Shown here: one piece after another, positions 25,226-38,217 of the stretch
Numbering within the stretch: the stretch's first letter is position 1
How the letters are laid out: each line of letters begins with the position of its first letter
Origin: Octopus bimaculoides
Taxonomy: Eukaryota
Length of the DNA stretch: 58,630 nucleotides
Assembly (NCBI RefSeq): GCF_001194135.2
Contig: NC_068981.1
Location: 90,321,236-90,379,865 of the forward strand
Direction of reading: 5' to 3'
Made by a program: the position numbers and the translations under genes
Notes under the pieces: generated by a model
The model's input: the letters and a program-made list of their open reading frames with translations, nothing else
Told to the model about the DNA's origin: nothing
Database searches by the model: none

Positions 25226-25923
25226 GCCTAAAAACATTGTTTTTGAATTTATTTTTAAGGAAGGCCAAGGCCCACTGGTGAGTGATAGGCAAGCTGATCT
25301 TCAATAGATCTGGTTTTATGAAAAGCCTCGATAATGGTTACTAAGAAAGGAGAGTAATTTGAGATGATGGAGATACTCCGAGCCTGCTCTCTATAAGCTT
25401 ATACTTTTTCTACTGTAGAACCAACATAGAACAACTCTAAAATGATAATGATAGCATTAAAAATGTAAATGCACATGGCTGTATGTTGAACAAAACGTTT
25501 GCTATAGATATTATGAAATATTAAGTGCTTGAACATAACATGCTTCAAAATGATCTTGATCAAAACATACTATTTGCTAAAAACTTGTAATACTTTTAAA
25601 AACATAGCTCATAATAACAGACTTAATCTAAACACTTTCAGAAACCAAATCAACAGGCTGCAAGCCTTTAGTTTTAAAGGGAAAAGAAGTTAAGGTGTCT
25701 AAAGAAATTAAAATTGCTTTAAGCAACAAATGAGCATCAATTTGTTTCAAGAACTTTATGAGAGCTAGTTCATAAGTTTCAATCACAAAATCCAGAGCAG
25801 ACAGGTGAAGATATAATAGTCGTTGGTTAAGGAAACCTTTCTATAACATAATATTCTCAGGTGTTCCTATAACTGTTTCTACCTAGATGACCTAAAGAAA
25901 TGTAGAAGAAAAATTTAACCAGG

Positions 25924-26285
25924 AGGTGCAGGAGTGGCTGTGTGGTAAGTAGCTTGCTTACCAACCACATGGTTCCGGGTTCATTCCCACTGCGTGGCAC
26001 CTTGGGCAAGTGTCTTCTATAGCCTCGGGCCGACCAAAGCCTTGTGAGTGAATTTGGTAGACGGAAACTGAAAGAAGCCCATCGTATATATGTGTATATA
26101 TATATATATATGTGTGTGTTTGTCCCCCCACCATCATTTGACAACCAATGGTGGCAAAAGAGACCGACAGAATAAGTACTAGGCTTCCAAAGAATAAGTC
26201 CTGGGGTTGATTTGCTCGACTAAAAAGGCGGTGCTCCAGCATGGCCGCAGTCAAATGACTGAAACAAGTGAAAGAGTAAAGAGTA
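25924..26285 (+). mobile_element. SINE family B
   Basis: Head and tail intact. Confidence 0.87.
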
Positions 26286-26682
26286 TTAAAATAAAAAAAA
26301 ACCTTCAGTGGACTGTGTTACAAGAAACAAGAGCAGGTATTATGATATTTCCTCCAACTTCTTGAAAGGAATTGAATCGAGGTACTGAAAACAAGTACAG
26401 GCTCACCCGAACTCTTATCTCTACACTCTAACAATCACTACTATTTTGATAAATAATGCAGAATGGGAAGAGCAACCAACCATGAAAACTAGGTCGATGG
26501 ACAAAAAAAACAAACAAAATAATGACATACACAATAACGAAGATTGCTACTTTTCTCTGTTGTCAGGAGTGCCAAATGCATAAGGACTATGACAAGTAAT
26601 ATAACACGCTATAAGATCAGTTAACCACTGCCAGAAGACGAAACAGGTTAGTTGAAAAACACAGTGTGTGCGTGTGTGTGTT

Positions 26683-27146
26683 CTTTTATTCTTTCACTTG
26701 TTTCAGTCATTTCACTGAACCACTAAATTACTGGGATGTAAACACACAAACACCAATTGTCAAGCAGCGAGGTGGTGGGGGGGACAAACACAGACACAGA
26801 TATATATCTCTTTTACTTGTTTCAGTCATTTGACCGCGGCCATGCTGGAGCACCGCCTCTAGTCGAGCAAATCGACCCCGGTCTCTTTTCCTGAACTGCT
26901 AAGTTACAGGGACGTAAACACACCACTATTGGTTGCCAAGCGATGTTGTGGGGACAAACACAGACACAAACATACACACATATACATATATATACGACGG
27001 GCTTCTTTCAGTTTCCATCTACCTCGGCCTGAGGCTATAGTAGAAGACACTTGCCCAAGGTGCCACGCAGTGGGAATGAACCCAGAACCATGTGGTTGGT
27101 AAGCAAGCTACTTACCACACAGCCATGCCTGCACCAATATATATAA

Positions 27147-27223
<77 letters not shown>

Positions 27224-27380
27224 GACGGGATTCTTTCAGTTTCTGTCTACAAAATCCACACACAAGGCTTTGGTCGGCTCAAAATTATACTAGAGGACAC
27301 CTGCCCATGATGCCACACAGCGGGACTGAATCTGGAACCATGTGGTAGGGAAGAAAGCTTCTTACCACACAGCCATGCCT
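26683..27380 (-). mobile_element. Nested or tandem SINE family B copies with duplicated head
   Basis: Two 3' ends (26683, 26810) and two heads. cttaccacacagccatgcctgcaccaatatatataatgtgtg occurs at about 27111 and again at about 27361. Confidence 0.75.
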
Positions 27381-27396
27381 GCACCAATATATATAA

Positions 27397-27439
<43 letters not shown>

Positions 27440-28399
27440 GTGAGTGGATTATACTATTGCCTACAAATGGGAGAAAAACAAGTATTTAATTCAAAGTAAA
27501 GAGTAATATAAAATTTAGTACAAGTTAATAATTCCTGAATAAGACTAAGTTTCACCTGTCAGTTTGTCGACCCTGACAAACCAGCAGGTGAAACTTATGG
27601 CTAAGTTACAATTATTAAATTTCACATTATATTATATAACACACGTGCACACAGATATATGTATGTTTACACAAAGAAATGTGTGCAAATACACACATAC
27701 ATAAAGGCAAATGGTAGTGAAATGCTATTCGATGTCTATGGTAGCCAGTTTATTGATTTTTACATCTTAATGCAAATTAAAATCAGTTATTTTAGGTAGT
27801 TTTATTTTAATGTAAGTATTGGGGGAAAAGTTTTTTATATGTGAGTGTGTTTAACAGGCTTAACATAAATGGGGTGTGTTAAAGATTGATAAAAATATCT
27901 AATATAACTCAGTATATATATATATATATATATGGGCGCCACATAAAAAGCACCCACTACACTTTTGGAGTAGTTGGCATTAAGAAGGGTATCCAGCTGT
28001 AGAAACCATGCCAAATCAGAATGGAACCTGGTGCAGCTCCTCAGCTTTCAGTCAAACCATCCAACCCATGCCAGCAAGGAAAACCAACATTAAATGAAGA
28101 TGATAATATTAGCCCCAGTATAAACTTCATTGACCTGTATTTGTTGAGTTGCTAATTTAAGACAGCAAAAACAATAACAGCTTTTGGGCCTCTGTAAAAC
28201 ATAACCCAGTCATACACATATCTAATGGGCTTCTGCAGAGTTTTCATCACACAATTCCACTCACAACCTAAGACCACAGTAGAAAACACTACTTGTAGGT
28301 TCATTGATATTGGACCTCATACCACATTATTGTAAAAGTAATTTCTGAATGAAACAACTATCCCTGTGCTTTTATACACACACACACAGTGAAGTGCAG

Positions 28400-28752
28400 T
28401 GCAAGAGTGGGTGTGTGGTAAGTAGCTTACTTACCAACCACATGATTCCAGGTTCACTCCCACTGCATGACACCTTGGGCAAGTGTCTTGGGCCGACCAA
28501 AGCCTTGTGAGTGAATTTGGTAGACGGAAACTGAAAGACGCTCATCGTATATATGTTTGTTTGTCCCCCAAAACCGCTTGACAACTGGTGTTGATGTGCT
28601 TACTTACCCGTAACTGAGTGGTTCGGCAAAAGAGAACAATAGACGAAGTACTAGGCTTGACAAAATAAGTCCTGGGGTCAATTTATTTGACTTAAACTCT
28701 TCAAGGTGGTGCCCCAGCATAGCCGCAGTCAAATGACTGAAACAAGTACAAA
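28400..28752 (+). mobile_element. SINE family B
   Basis: Collinear match. Confidence 0.8.
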
Positions 28753-28988
28753 ATAAGATAAAAAAAAATATTGCCCTAACTCTTCGAAACGCCTGTGTTA
28801 GAATGGTAGCAGCTGATGAAGGAAAATGTTCTCTATGTGGCCTGTATGTTTTCTGCACTCTGGTTATTATTATTTTTTGGTCTACGTTTTGTTTGCAACG
28901 TCCTGTACCCAGATATGCACCTATATATAAAGGTAGATGTAGGTATGCACATACTTGTAAGTATATATGCATGTACTCATTTATTATT

Positions 28989-29036
<48 letters not shown>

Positions 29037-29317
29037 NNNNNNNNNNGGTCGATACACAGTTAAGTAGGTAGGCTTCTGTTGGTTGTTTTTCATCGCATTA
29101 GGTACTAAATGTGGTTATTTTGAGAAGTCCACTGTGTGGCGTTGTTATTTTTTTGTAATAATGCCCTTTATATAAATATAAACGAATATATATATATATA
29201 TATATAGATAGATAGATAGATAGATACACACACACGCATCTATTTAAATACATATTACTTACAATAATGTATATGTGTATATATATACACACATCTATTT
29301 AAATATATTTTACTTAC

Positions 29318-29426
29318 AATAATTCCACTTTGACTGAAAGCATATGGTACAGATAAATAATTGGTGCCAATAAATGCCTTCATTACATTGGCGAAGTCTG
29401 CGATTCCATGGTACCATTTTGAACGG
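29318..29426 (-). CDS. Transporter exon encoding TM1 (RSKWYHGIADFANVMKAFIGTNYLSVPYAFSQSGII)
   Basis: Acceptor ttttatatttgcag|C, donor ATT|GTAAGT. N-x-x-K-x-x-IG-x-x-x-L-x-x-P-x-AF-x-x-SG is the Aa_trans TM1 signature. 109 nt = 1+36x3. Confidence 0.92.
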
Positions 29427-30524
29427 CTGCAAATATAAAAGATTTGCATCAAATTATTCAACAGTATTTAAAATACAAGGCAGAATTTTAAAGAAAGAAA
29501 AAAGAAAAATGAAAGAGAGAGAGAGCGAGACAGCAAGGAAAACATCAATATGTAATGAGTAAAGCACAAGTTAATGAAAAAGAGTTTGAGAGGAATTACT
29601 AGGTCACTCAGTAAAAGCAATGTTGTTAGTCTTAACACTGACAAAGATTTCAACCATATTTAACCTTAGAACCTTCTAGTAAAATTTCTTACCTGTTAAC
29701 CCACTCCATTTTGTAGATCATCTATTTTATGTTAGACTACCTCAGATCTCTCTCTCCAACATTCACTCAATATGAATACTCCAAAGTTTCGTAATATCTT
29801 CCACACCTTTTCTGTACTCTAATGACAAACATGTTACTTCTAACCAGCTATATTTCTACACAAATGATATGACTTCATTCCTTTTTTAACCTTCATTACA
29901 AATGCATCACAAAGCAAAGGACAACACATTACAAATGCTTCAATGAACGAAGATGTTGACAACCTAGTTGCTTTATTTCATGGAAAAAAGCATGGACTAT
30001 AACAACACATAACTAACAGCTTCAAAACTGTTTCTGGTTGATAGAATAAGTCCCAAGCTTAAAAGTAAGTCCTGGGGCCAATTTATTCAACAAAACCCTT
30101 CAAGGCAGTGCCCAAGCAAGGTCTCAGTTCAATAAATGAAACAAATAAAAGATATATAATATTGATAATGGACAGATTCAACATCCATTGACAAGGCTGC
30201 AAAAGCAGCAAAATTTTGGATGACACAGAAAAATAAATAAATGGAAATTGAACTGGTGTGTGTTAGATATTGAGGCAGTATGGCTCTCCACAGACACAAC
30301 AAAATTTGTTTCAACAGACGAATTCACATTAAGAATCTTGCTAAACAGATACAAAAATGAAGCAATACTACTAAAGCTACACTTTAAGCATGGGATTGGG
30401 GGGGGGGCGGACAGAAAATGCCTCAGTCCTTATTAATTGCTGACCTTTACAAGCAGAACATTGGACTATAGTCTACATCTGTCTTGGAAGGTATGGCTCT
30501 GCTAGAGACACAGACAAACATGTT

Positions 30525-31235
30525 ACTCTTTTACTTGTTTCAGTCATTTGACTGCGGCCATGCTGGAGCACCGCCTTTAGTCGAGCAAATCGACCCCAGG
30601 ACTTACTCTTTGTAAGCCTAGAACTTATTCTATCGGTCAATTTTTGCCGAACCGCTAAGTTACGAGGACGTAAACACAGCAGCATCGTTTGTCAAGCGAT
30701 GGTGGGGGGACAAACACACACACACACACACATGGCATTAGGAAGGGCATCCAGCTGTAGAAACTCTGCCAAATCAGATTGGAGGCTGGTGTTGCCATCC
30801 GGTTTCACCAGTTCTCATTCAAATCGTCCAACCCATGCTAGCANNNNNNNNNNNNNNNNNNNNNNNNNNNNNNNNNNNNNNNNNNNNNNNNNNNNNNNNN
30901 NNNNNNNNNNNNNNNNNNNNNNNNNNNNNNNNNNNNNNNNNNNNNNNNNNNNNNNNNNNNNNNNNNNNNNNNNNNNNNNNNNNNNNNNNNNNNNNNNNNN
31001 NNNNNNNNNNNNNNNNNNNNNNNNNNNNNNNNNNNNNNNNNNNNNNATATATATATATATATATATATATATACGACGGGCTTCTTTCAATTTCCGTCTA
31101 CCAAATCCACTCACAAGGCTTTGGTCAGCCCAAGGCTATAGTAGAAGACACTTGCCCAAAGTGCCACGCAGTAGGACTGAACCCGGAACCATGTGGTTGG
31201 TAAGCAAGCTACTTACCACACAGCCACTCCTGCGC
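30525..31235 (-). mobile_element. SINE family B with family-C insertion and N-gap
   Basis: 3' half 30525-30730, core and head 31070-31235. Confidence 0.78.
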
Positions 31236-31297
31236 CTATGTTACACAACATCTGAAAGACCATTTCGCTAATCAGCAAAAGCTAGCTCACCAACAAA

Positions 31298-31530
31298 TTA
31301 ACCCTTTAGTATTCAGATTAATTTGCCAAATAAAATGTTTGTTTGTTTGTTAGTTTATATTGTTTTGAATTAATCATTCATGATCTTGAAGTTTAGAGAT
31401 TTCAATGATGTGATTGTTTAGTTTTAGAATGACATAGTAAGGTTAAGGTGAGAGGCCAGATCTGGCCAATTTCAACATAAAATTGTTACATATAGGCAAG
31501 AGATGGCTGGTTTGAATGCTAAAGGGTTAA
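31298..31530. mobile_element. piggyBac-type MITE family 1, reverse orientation
   Basis: ttaaccctttagtatt...aatgctaaagggttaa. Confidence 0.85.
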
Positions 31531-33108
31531 AGTCATTGATGTATGTGTGTGCGCGCATGTGTGTATCCTCCTGCTCATCATCATTTAATGTTCATTTACC
31601 ATGCTGATATGGGTTTGATGGGAGATGGCAAGCCGGAGGGCTACCCCAGGCTCTAGTTGTCTGTTTTGGCATAGTTTCTATGGCTTGATGCACTTCCTAA
31701 CACCAACAACTTTTCTGAGTGTACTGGGTACTTTTACATGGTGCCAGCGTGAGTGCTTTTTTTATGTGGTGCCAGCATGAATGCTTTTTACATGGTGCCA
31801 GCATAGATGCACAGGTGCTTATTATATGGCACCTACATATAGGTAAAGGATAAAGAACCCCTTCAGTTACAAATGACCATGCGATTGCACCTAGAAAGTA
31901 CCCTTTTTCAGACACAACTCCAATCAAGGTTGTTTGTGGAAGACCAGCCATTGCCCATGCATACCAGCCTCCCCTCTCCGATGTTATATCCAAGGGAAAG
32001 GCAAAAGCTGATACAGCTTGACACCATTGGTGTTGCAACTCATTTCTACAGCTGAGTGAACTGGAGCAATACGCAATAAAGTGTCTTACTCAAGAACACA
32101 ATACAGCCTGATTCAGGAATCGAACTCACTACCTCATGATTGTAAGCCTGATGCTCTAACCACTGAGCCATGTACTTGTGTGTGTAGACACACACACACA
32201 CACAGAAGTTAATTAAAATGATTGCATGTATAAATAAATAGATGTCGTGTCATTGTGAAGCAATTTGAGTAAATGTTTTCTATAGACCTGAGCCAAGCAA
32301 TGCCTTGTGTGGAATTTAGTATTTGAAAACTGTATGAAGCCCATGATGTGTGTATCTGTGTGTGTGTGCATGCATATGTGAATGAGCATGGATGTTGATA
32401 TACTATGGCTTTGCTCAAGTGAAAAGCCATTATGTTTACATTCCTTGTTGATTATTAAATCCTACCATTTAACTGTCCTTCATCTCTCCCTAATACCACT
32501 AGAACCAGCCAATCATACCATAATTGAATAATTACATGAATTAATAATTTTGAAATAATATGAAAAGGCTGATAGTGAGCAGAGTTAACTGTCTAAAGAG
32601 ACCAATTATAAAGCTATTCTAAAACTTTATATGTAACAATAGTACATATAACATGGAGATCACAGTTTAAGGTCATGTTAGTAGTGTTAGACAAGGAACT
32701 GATAAAATACGAGTTTATATTTTGATAATTTATAGCTGTATAGGTAATTTATTAGTATATTATGAGCTATTTCATCTGTGCTGTTAATCAACAAGGAGAA
32801 AGTATCTATGCAATCAATTGACCTGCTAGAAATAGAAATAAAATCAGACTTTACTGTGTTTAAATATGAAAGACACATTCATGATGAAGTCCAAGATACA
32901 CAAAATGATGAGATGGTTGCTGCTCTAGAATGCCCCTGACCTCGTTTGATTGTAGATTACCAAATTATAGCTCTGTTCGAAGATCACATTACCATTAATT
33001 GTAGTTGTAAGTATTCTGTAAAATTAGATATGTCAGATGACAAAACAGAAATTTAACATTAGTAATATCAGCATGGCACATGTTTAACTGTGGAGTACTG
33101 TACAGGAA

Positions 33109-33488
33109 GGAGGCGCAATGGCCCAGTGGTTAGGGCAGCGGACTCGCGGTCATAGGATCACGGTTTCGATTCCCAGACCGGGCGCTGTGAGTGTTTATTG
33201 AGCGAAAATACTTAAAGCTCCACAAAGCTCCGGCAGGGGATGGTGGTGAACCCTGCTGTATTCTTCCACCACAACTTTCTCTCACTTTTACTTCCTGTTT
33301 CTGTTGTGCCTGTAATTCAAAGGGTCAGCCTCATCACACTGTGTCACGCTGAATACTCCTGAGAACTACGTTAAGGGTACACCTGTCTGTGGAGTGCTCA
33401 GCCACTTGCATGTTAATTTCACGAGCAGGCTGTTCTGTTGATAGGATCAACTGGAACCCTCAATGTCGTAAGCAACGGAGTGCCAACA
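33109..33488 (+). mobile_element. SINE family A, full length, with TSD
   Basis: 12-bp TSD ACTGTACAGGAA at 33097-33108 and 33489-33500. Confidence 0.92.
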
Positions 33489-33884
33489 ACTGTACAGGAA
33501 ACATAAAACATAGGTCTTAAATTCTGGAACAAGGCTAGCAAGTTTGGGGAATGAGGCAAGTCAATTACATTAACCTCAGTACACAACTGGTACTCATTTT
33601 ATTGACCCCAAACGGATGAAAGGCAAAGTCGACCTCAGCCACTAAGCATTTTGCCTGGTGTGCTAATGCTTCTACCAGCTTGCCACCTTGAGGAGACACG
33701 GAATGTTAATGGAGAATTTACAGTGGTGCATGAGTCATGACCTCAAACCAAAGCAGGAGTGTATCAGTGTTGGTAAGCTTCCTGAATATAGCAGAGATAA
33801 TGAAACGAGCCTTATCCCACTGTTGTACACGATCAACCAGAATACTTCAAATGTGAGTGTTGTCTTGAGTTTTTGTCTACAGGT

Positions 33885-34180
33885 ACAGGCATGACTGTGT
33901 GGTAAGAAGCTTGCTTCTCAACTACATGGGTCTGGGTTCAATCTCACTGCATGGCACCTTGGGTAAGGTCAATTAAAGCCTTCTAAATGGATTTGGTAGA
34001 TGGAAGCTGAAAGAAGCCTGCCATATATACATATATATATATACACACACACACATATGTATCTCTGTGTGTGTGTTTGTGTTTGTCCACCCATCACCAT
34101 TTGACAAACTGGTGTTGGTGTGTCAACGTAAACTAGCAGTTCAACAAAAGTGATTGATAGAATAAACACTAGGCTTAAAA
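33885..34180 (+). mobile_element. SINE family B, diverged and partial
   Basis: Head, core and microsatellite recognisable. Confidence 0.7.
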
Positions 34181-34489
34181 AAATAATGTAAGGGAAGCCT
34201 CTGGCCTGGATCTCCATCAAAAGCAAAAGATGTTATACATATTAGATTTATATATCATATTGACATTACAGCCAAGAACATTAAGGGCCTGGAAATATAT
34301 TTCAGTGATGAATGTGTATATTTAAGTTTAAATTAAGAAACCAAAAGTTACCCAACTCATCTCTCTTGAATTCTAAATGTTATATTAGATATTCTAATAG
34401 TAACAATGATTTATAATTCAAATTCCTAAAAATTGATTCAAATTACACGAGACATTTGTCCTCTCAAGTTCTTCCCAATGCATTCTGCA

Positions 34490-35095
34490 TGTTAGTGGAA
34501 CATCAGTGAGACAAGTTGTGAAGGTTAAATATCTCTAGGCTAGATTGGATGTGTGACTTCCAGATGCTGGTACAGTTATAAACTAGCTCCAGCATTCAAT
34601 CCTCACAAGAGAAGTTGATAGGAAAACCAAGCATGCTATCTTCAATTTGATTTTTGTGCTTATCCTCACTTATGGTCATGAACATTGAATAATGACTGAA
34701 AGAGTAGAGTCATGAGTACAAGCAGCCAAAATGGGGTTCCTCTGAAAGGATCTTTGGATTAATGCCACTTTACAGGTCTGTAGCTCAGAGATCAGAGTGT
34801 CTCTCCAGGTTGAGTTGCTACTTCACTGCATTGAAAGGTCATAGCTCCAGTACTATGGACATGTAATTAGAATGTCACAGGAAAGAACCACAAGATGGAT
34901 TCTTCAAGCCTATCCAAGTGGCAAGAGACCTAAGAGTAGATCAAGAACAACATGGTTGAACAATATCCATAGTCTCATTTGATCACACTTGGAAATCCAG
35001 TTGGAAAGTCTAATAACATGAAGCAAATGTAGATTTTTCTACCTGAGTCCCTTCTTATTGTTCTCAGCATTAGCATCAAGAAATTTATGAGAGTC
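34490..35095 (+). mobile_element. RTE-clade LINE RT C-terminal fragment, decayed
   Basis: ILTYGHE...MGFL...IERS*LQYYGHVIRM...GKRPKSRSRTTW motifs. Confidence 0.78.
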
Positions 35096-35419
35096 AACTG
35101 TTATATTTAGATAAGTCCTATTGTTTTCTGAGAATCCTTAGGTTAAATACAGTTCAGATCAGATAAAAGGCAAAAAAAATCTTTTTTTTAGCCTGACCTA
35201 AATTAAGTAGGAAAACGTAATAAACAAACCCAAATTCAATTCTTTCTCTTGGCACCTCCTTGAAGAGCATCTCCCTATCGCCTGGCACAGGGAGTACGTT
35301 TTGCATGTAATGGGGGGGGTTGGGGTTATGCACAACTTTCACCATCTCTACTCATCAACCACCTACTACTCTCTCTCTTTTTTCCTTCCATTCTCCTAGC
35401 ATAGATGAACACAACTACC

Positions 35420-35572
35420 GGATCTTTCTGATTTGACGGGCACCACTTGTTAAATTTTTATCTGTTCTATAACACAAAATATACAAGTATACGAAGTTTG
35501 AAAGTGTTTCGGTACCAAAAACACAACATAAAACATAAATGAAAAGTGTTGCCCGTCAAATCAGAAAGATCC
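35420..35572. mobile_element. 153-bp MITE with 23-bp perfect TIRs and 8-bp TSD (Merlin- or hAT-like)
   Basis: TIR GGATCTTTCTGATTTGACGGGCA / TGCCCGTCAAATCAGAAAGATCC. TSD CAACTACC at 35412-35419 and 35573-35580. Confidence 0.88.
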
Positions 35573-35808
35573 CAACTACCCATGACAGAACCAAGTAATC
35601 TTTATACAACAGCTCAAAGCAGTTGTCTTTTATATATGGTAACAGTAAAATAAGGGTCACTTCAACTATTATTTTCTTCTGTCATTTATTCCATGGTCTT
35701 TTCAATAAATCCTTTAAACACTCAGTGCCACCTGACAATCGAACTTTAATCCATCTGTCTCAACTAAAACACAACATCAATAAACAACCACATATAATAA
35801 TTACATAC

Positions 35809-35864
35809 AGTTGCTTCTTATATGACCATATGGATGAGATGCCCAACGACTTTACCAACATTTC
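35809..35864 (-). CDS. Candidate exon 2 of the transporter (EMLVKSLGISSIWSYKKQ + 2 nt)
   Basis: Acceptor ttcatcttctctacc...cccag|GAA, donor CT|GTATGT. Ends in phase 2, as required by the exon at 29426 (CT+C = Leu). An alternative longer acceptor lies at 35978. Confidence 0.55.
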
Positions 35865-37025
35865 CTGGGATGTTTGTTGCGGTAGAGAAGATGAATGGTT
35901 TCATGAACTACTACGCTGCATGCTTCAGCTTGTCTAGTTGTTTATTCAGCTTGGTTTTGGTTGGACATACATGAGAGTCTGCACAGTATTTTAACCCACT
36001 TAAGCTAAGTGTTTTTCTGCATAATGACAATATTATATAACATAGTACTTATAAAAGTACGAGTAGTGTACTTCACATAAGTTTTCCATTAAAAATTTAA
36101 GTTACTGTGGCTTAGTATTCAGACCAGCTTTTATATGTGCTTGTAGAAATAGAAATTACTATGGAAGGTCAGAATTATGCTGAATAATGTGTAATTCAAT
36201 AGATTTTTTTTTTATTATTGTCTTCTCCAATAAGAAATTTCAGTTTTAGATATGGTCTCTGCGCTTAGGTTAGATAAGAATGACAGAGAGAAAAGTAATA
36301 AATTTCTATAATTTCTCTCTGACTAAATTGTGAGTAGTGAATATTTTTATTGTAAGCAGTCTCATTCAGCAAAAATGCAAGTAGTAACAATGTTGCACAC
36401 ATTATATACAAGTATCAAATATCTAAACAATTAATCTGTACCCATGTGAAAATGAGTATAATAAAATAGTTTAAGAGAGCTTCATGAAGAATTAAACGGT
36501 AAAAAAAAAGTGAAAAAAAAAACCCAGCCAAGATGATAAGAATTTACTTGTAAATAATGATCTCCCAAAGGCTGTCATTTCATCTGATGCTAGAAGTACA
36601 TGCAATGGTGTTTCAAATGATATTGATAAATGTGATCTTCCAGATTACTGGACTCGAGGTATGTACTTCAACGAAAAGAATATATTTGGTTGATTGCTAA
36701 GAAAAGAAAAAATTTGATTTTTTTTTTTTTTTCTTAGTGAAAATCGTGCGGGTAAAAGGATAAAATAATAACCTATATACTGGATCCATCACTGATTGCC
36801 TGAGCCCTTAACCGCTTTCTGCAACAAATCAAAATAAACCACGGAAGATACCAAACAGTGCACTATGTACCATTTATTGGTTGTACAAAGGCTATCTGCA
36901 CAACATCAGAAGTATATTCAAAATGTTAGAGCATTTGACATGCGAGGAGCATAGTTTGTTGCTACGTATGGCAAGTTTCAATCATCATAGCCCTGCCACT
37001 TAAAGAAAAAATGCATCTAAACACT

Positions 37026-37578
37026 AGGAGTGGCTGTGTGGTAAGTAGCTTGCTTACCAACCACATGGTTCCGGGNNNNNNNNNNNNNNNNNNNNNNNNN
37101 NNNNNNNNNNNNNNNNNNNNNNNNNNNNNNNNNNNNNNNNNNNNNNNNNNNNNNNNNNNNNNNNNNNNNNNNNNNNNNNNNNNNNNNNNNNNNNNNNNNN
37201 NNNNNNNNNNNNNNNNNNNNNNNNNNNNNNNNNGTCCCACTGCATAGCACCTTGGGCAAGTGTCTTCTACTATAGCCTCGGGTCGACCAAAGCCTTGTGA
37301 GTGGATTTGGTAGACAGAAACTGAAAGAAGCCCGTCGTATATATGTATATATATATATATATGTGTGTGTGTGTCTGTGTTTGTCCCCCTAGCATTGCTT
37401 GACAACCGATGCTGGTGTGTTTATGTCCACGTCACTTAGCGGTTCGGCAAAAGAGACCGATAGAATCGATAGAATAAGTACTAGGCTTACAAAGAATAAG
37501 TCCCGGGGTCGATTTGATCGACTAAAGGCGGTGCTCCAGCATGGCCGCAGTCAAATGACTGAAACAAGTAAAAGAGTA
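37026..37578 (+). mobile_element. SINE family B spanning an N-gap
   Basis: Head before the gap; core and tail after it. Confidence 0.85.
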
Positions 37579-37831
37579 TCCTAAAAACACTGTCTAAGGA
37601 ACACACGCACGCTGAAATTCCTGCAACACTAACATCCTCACTGACCCCCAAAACATTGTGCAGGGATGAGCACCAAATATAGAAGTAAAGCAACTGTCAC
37701 GCCCAGATAGAGTCCGCCTTGCTCACTTCCCTACGGCCATGAGAAATATGCGACTATACAGAAATAGGCTGGACAGTGTAACATGTCCAGGTCGTCAAAC
37801 TGCAACCTTATAAGATTTATCGCTGCATGTT

Positions 37832-38217
37832 GTTGTTGTTGGCACTCCGTCGCTTACGACGTCGAGGGTTCCAGTTGATCCGATCAACGGAACAGCCTGC
37901 TCGTGAAATTAACGTGCAAGTAGCTGAGCACTCCACAGACACGTGTACCCTTAACGTAGTTCTCGGGGATAATCAGCGTGGCACAGTGTGACAAGGCTGA
38001 CCCTTTGAATTACAGGCACAACAAAAACAGGAGGTAAGAGTGAGAGAAAGTTGTGGTGGACGAGTACAGCAGGGTTCACCACCATCCCCTGTCGGAGCCT
38101 CGTGGAGCTTTGGGTGTTTTTCGCTCAATAAACACTCACAACGCCCAGTCTGGGAATCGAAACCGCGATCCTATGACCGCGAGTCCGCTGCCCTAACCAC
38201 TGGGCCATTGCGCCTCC
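37832..38217 (-). mobile_element. SINE family A, full length, CpG-rich (young-looking), with TSD
   Basis: 14-bp TSD TATCGCTGCATGTT at 37818-37831 and 38220-38233. Confidence 0.93.

Noticed and set aside
33109-33185. tRNA-like sequence with A and B boxes (also the heads of the other SINEs)
   Set aside because: It continues into the SINE body with no acceptor stem or poly-T terminator, so it is not a tRNA gene.
35623-35937. 104-aa plus-strand ORF
   Set aside because: No recognisable domain. It overlaps the candidate transporter exon 2 on the opposite strand, which better explains the local composition.
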